A DNA stretch of 63,940 nucleotides, the filler included, from Octopus bimaculoides (taxonomy: Eukaryota): NCBI RefSeq assembly GCF_001194135.2. It is 7 parts of 5 records of this genome, joined end to end, with 100 filler letters (N's around TTAATTAATTAA, not from the genome) between each part and the next. Parts side by side here need not be neighbours in the genome. Positions count along the whole stretch, not along the records: positions 62,924 to 63,940 come from NW_026423301.1; 6 more parts are not named here. One strand, written 5' to 3'. Below, one piece after another: positions 62,824-63,940 of the stretch. Each line of letters starts with the position of its first letter. The stretch's first letter is position 1. Position numbers and translations under genes: made by a program. The notes under the pieces were generated by a model, which made no database searches, was not told where the DNA came from, and was given only the letters and a program-made list of their open reading frames with translations.

Positions 62824-63439
62824 NNNNNNNNNNNNNNNNNNNNNNNNNNNNNNNNNNNNNNNNNNNNTTAATTAATTAANNNNNNNNNNNNNNNNNNNNN
62901 NNNNNNNNNNNNNNNNNNNNNNNAAACATAAAATAATAATAATAATAATAACAATAATAATAATAATAATAATTTGATATTTGACATCACTCATTTAGAC
63001 GTAGCGTTTTTAAGTTTCTACTATCACCAGTATTTTTATCGTAACAAAATCACAAGGTGCTTTGCTAGACAAAGCTCCGAGAATCCATATCTACACTAGT
63101 GAACGTTGATTTTAGTGCCAGTCTCGTTCATTCCATTGCTTTATATCTTTGTACTTCAAATTTTTACTGCTAAGAATTTTGGTGTTGAGTTGACGCAAGA
63201 ACGGGTCTTTTTATTGAGACAACTTATCTAGGAGTGTTCCCAACCAAGACTAACGGGGCACTTCTCCCACAAGAGTGGCTTAAGACAGCCAACCTGGTTT
63301 TTTTAGATGTTGGATTGAGCATACAAGTACTAAACTTTACCCAAAGGGGATAGGAATGTAGTTAAGGTTGAGAGTAACGTCGTTTACCCGACACCGCGAC
63401 GCCTCTTCATCAGCGGTATCCTCATCCGTAACTATCCAG

Positions 63440-63610
63440 CTAATGTCACACATAATGAGTTAGACACAAACTGTAGATTCGGCAATGACAAAATTGTGAG
63501 TATTGACCACATTGTTGCTGGTTGCTCATTCCTTGCCCCTACAGAATATGAAACCAGGAATGATCGAGTTGGTTAGTACTTGCACTGTAACGTATGCCGT
63601 CATTATGGCG
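63440..63610 (+). mobile_element. R4/Dong-like (RLE-type) non-LTR retrotransposon fragment
   Basis: CRFGNDKIVSIDHIVAGCSFLAPTEYETRNDRVG*YLHCNVCRHYG matches the CCHC knuckle plus RHD motif that precedes the restriction-like endonuclease. Confidence 0.85.
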
Positions 63611-63619
63611 AAAGAGGTT

Positions 63620-63830
63620 GCTCGGTGGACGAAGTTGAAAGGAAAGTGAACAGAGATATTCCGCTTCGATAAAACTCTCATCGACTTTTTCAAGTTTCAC
63701 TTGAGAAAGCAACTAAGTCAGGAGAGTGAGGTGTTGTCCTGGAATGAATTTATCAAAAGGTGGGTGAAAGTTCTCAAAATGGCAAGAGTGGATTGTAGTG
63801 CTCTAAGTGTAGACCTGTGAGTTGAAGGAA
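63620..63830 (+). mobile_element. Tx1/L1-like LINE ORF2 C-terminal fragment
   Basis: WTKLKG...LIDFFKFHLRKQL..E.EVLSWNEFIKRWVKV resembles the C-terminus of Tx1-clade ORF2 (recalled pattern). Confidence 0.55.
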
Positions 63831-63940
63831 TGGACTTGGAAAGGTCACTTGTTCTTGGTATTCAGGATAAACTTAGATGCAGAGTTTCCCCAATTATCCA
63901 TTGAGGTCATCCTGTACCAGGTGAACCCCATCAATATAAT

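Overview
Eukaryotic, AT-rich, microsatellite-saturated genomic DNA; the SINE families and repeat density resemble what I recall of Octopus genomes (inference, not verified). About one sixth of the window is N. Six 100-bp spacers (44 N + TTAATTAATTAA + 44 N) show that at least seven separately assembled pieces were joined, so adjacency across them is not guaranteed. No intact protein-coding ORF is present, and nearly all ORFs in the supplied track are microsatellite or gap artefacts. What can be supported is a dense fossil record of mobile elements: decayed Ty3/Gypsy, a D34D mariner, a Penelope GIY-YIG, RTE, CR1, R4/Dong and Tx1 LINE fragments, several MITEs, a probable Helitron, and many tRNA-derived SINEs from at least four families. 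The most interesting signals are: (1) a tRNA-headed SINE carrying a minimal type I hammerhead ribozyme fold (39238-39283); (2) a ~126-bp-period tandem tetramer of SINE cores; (3) several strong splice-signal candidates for unannotated small-exon host genes, including a minus-strand start exon whose predicted join to the next exon creates a CxxC motif; (4) a CpG-depleted domain at ~27.4-40.5 kb, consistent with a methylated gene body; and (5) a ~130-bp inverted repeat spanning 1.25 kb. No host gene could be named.
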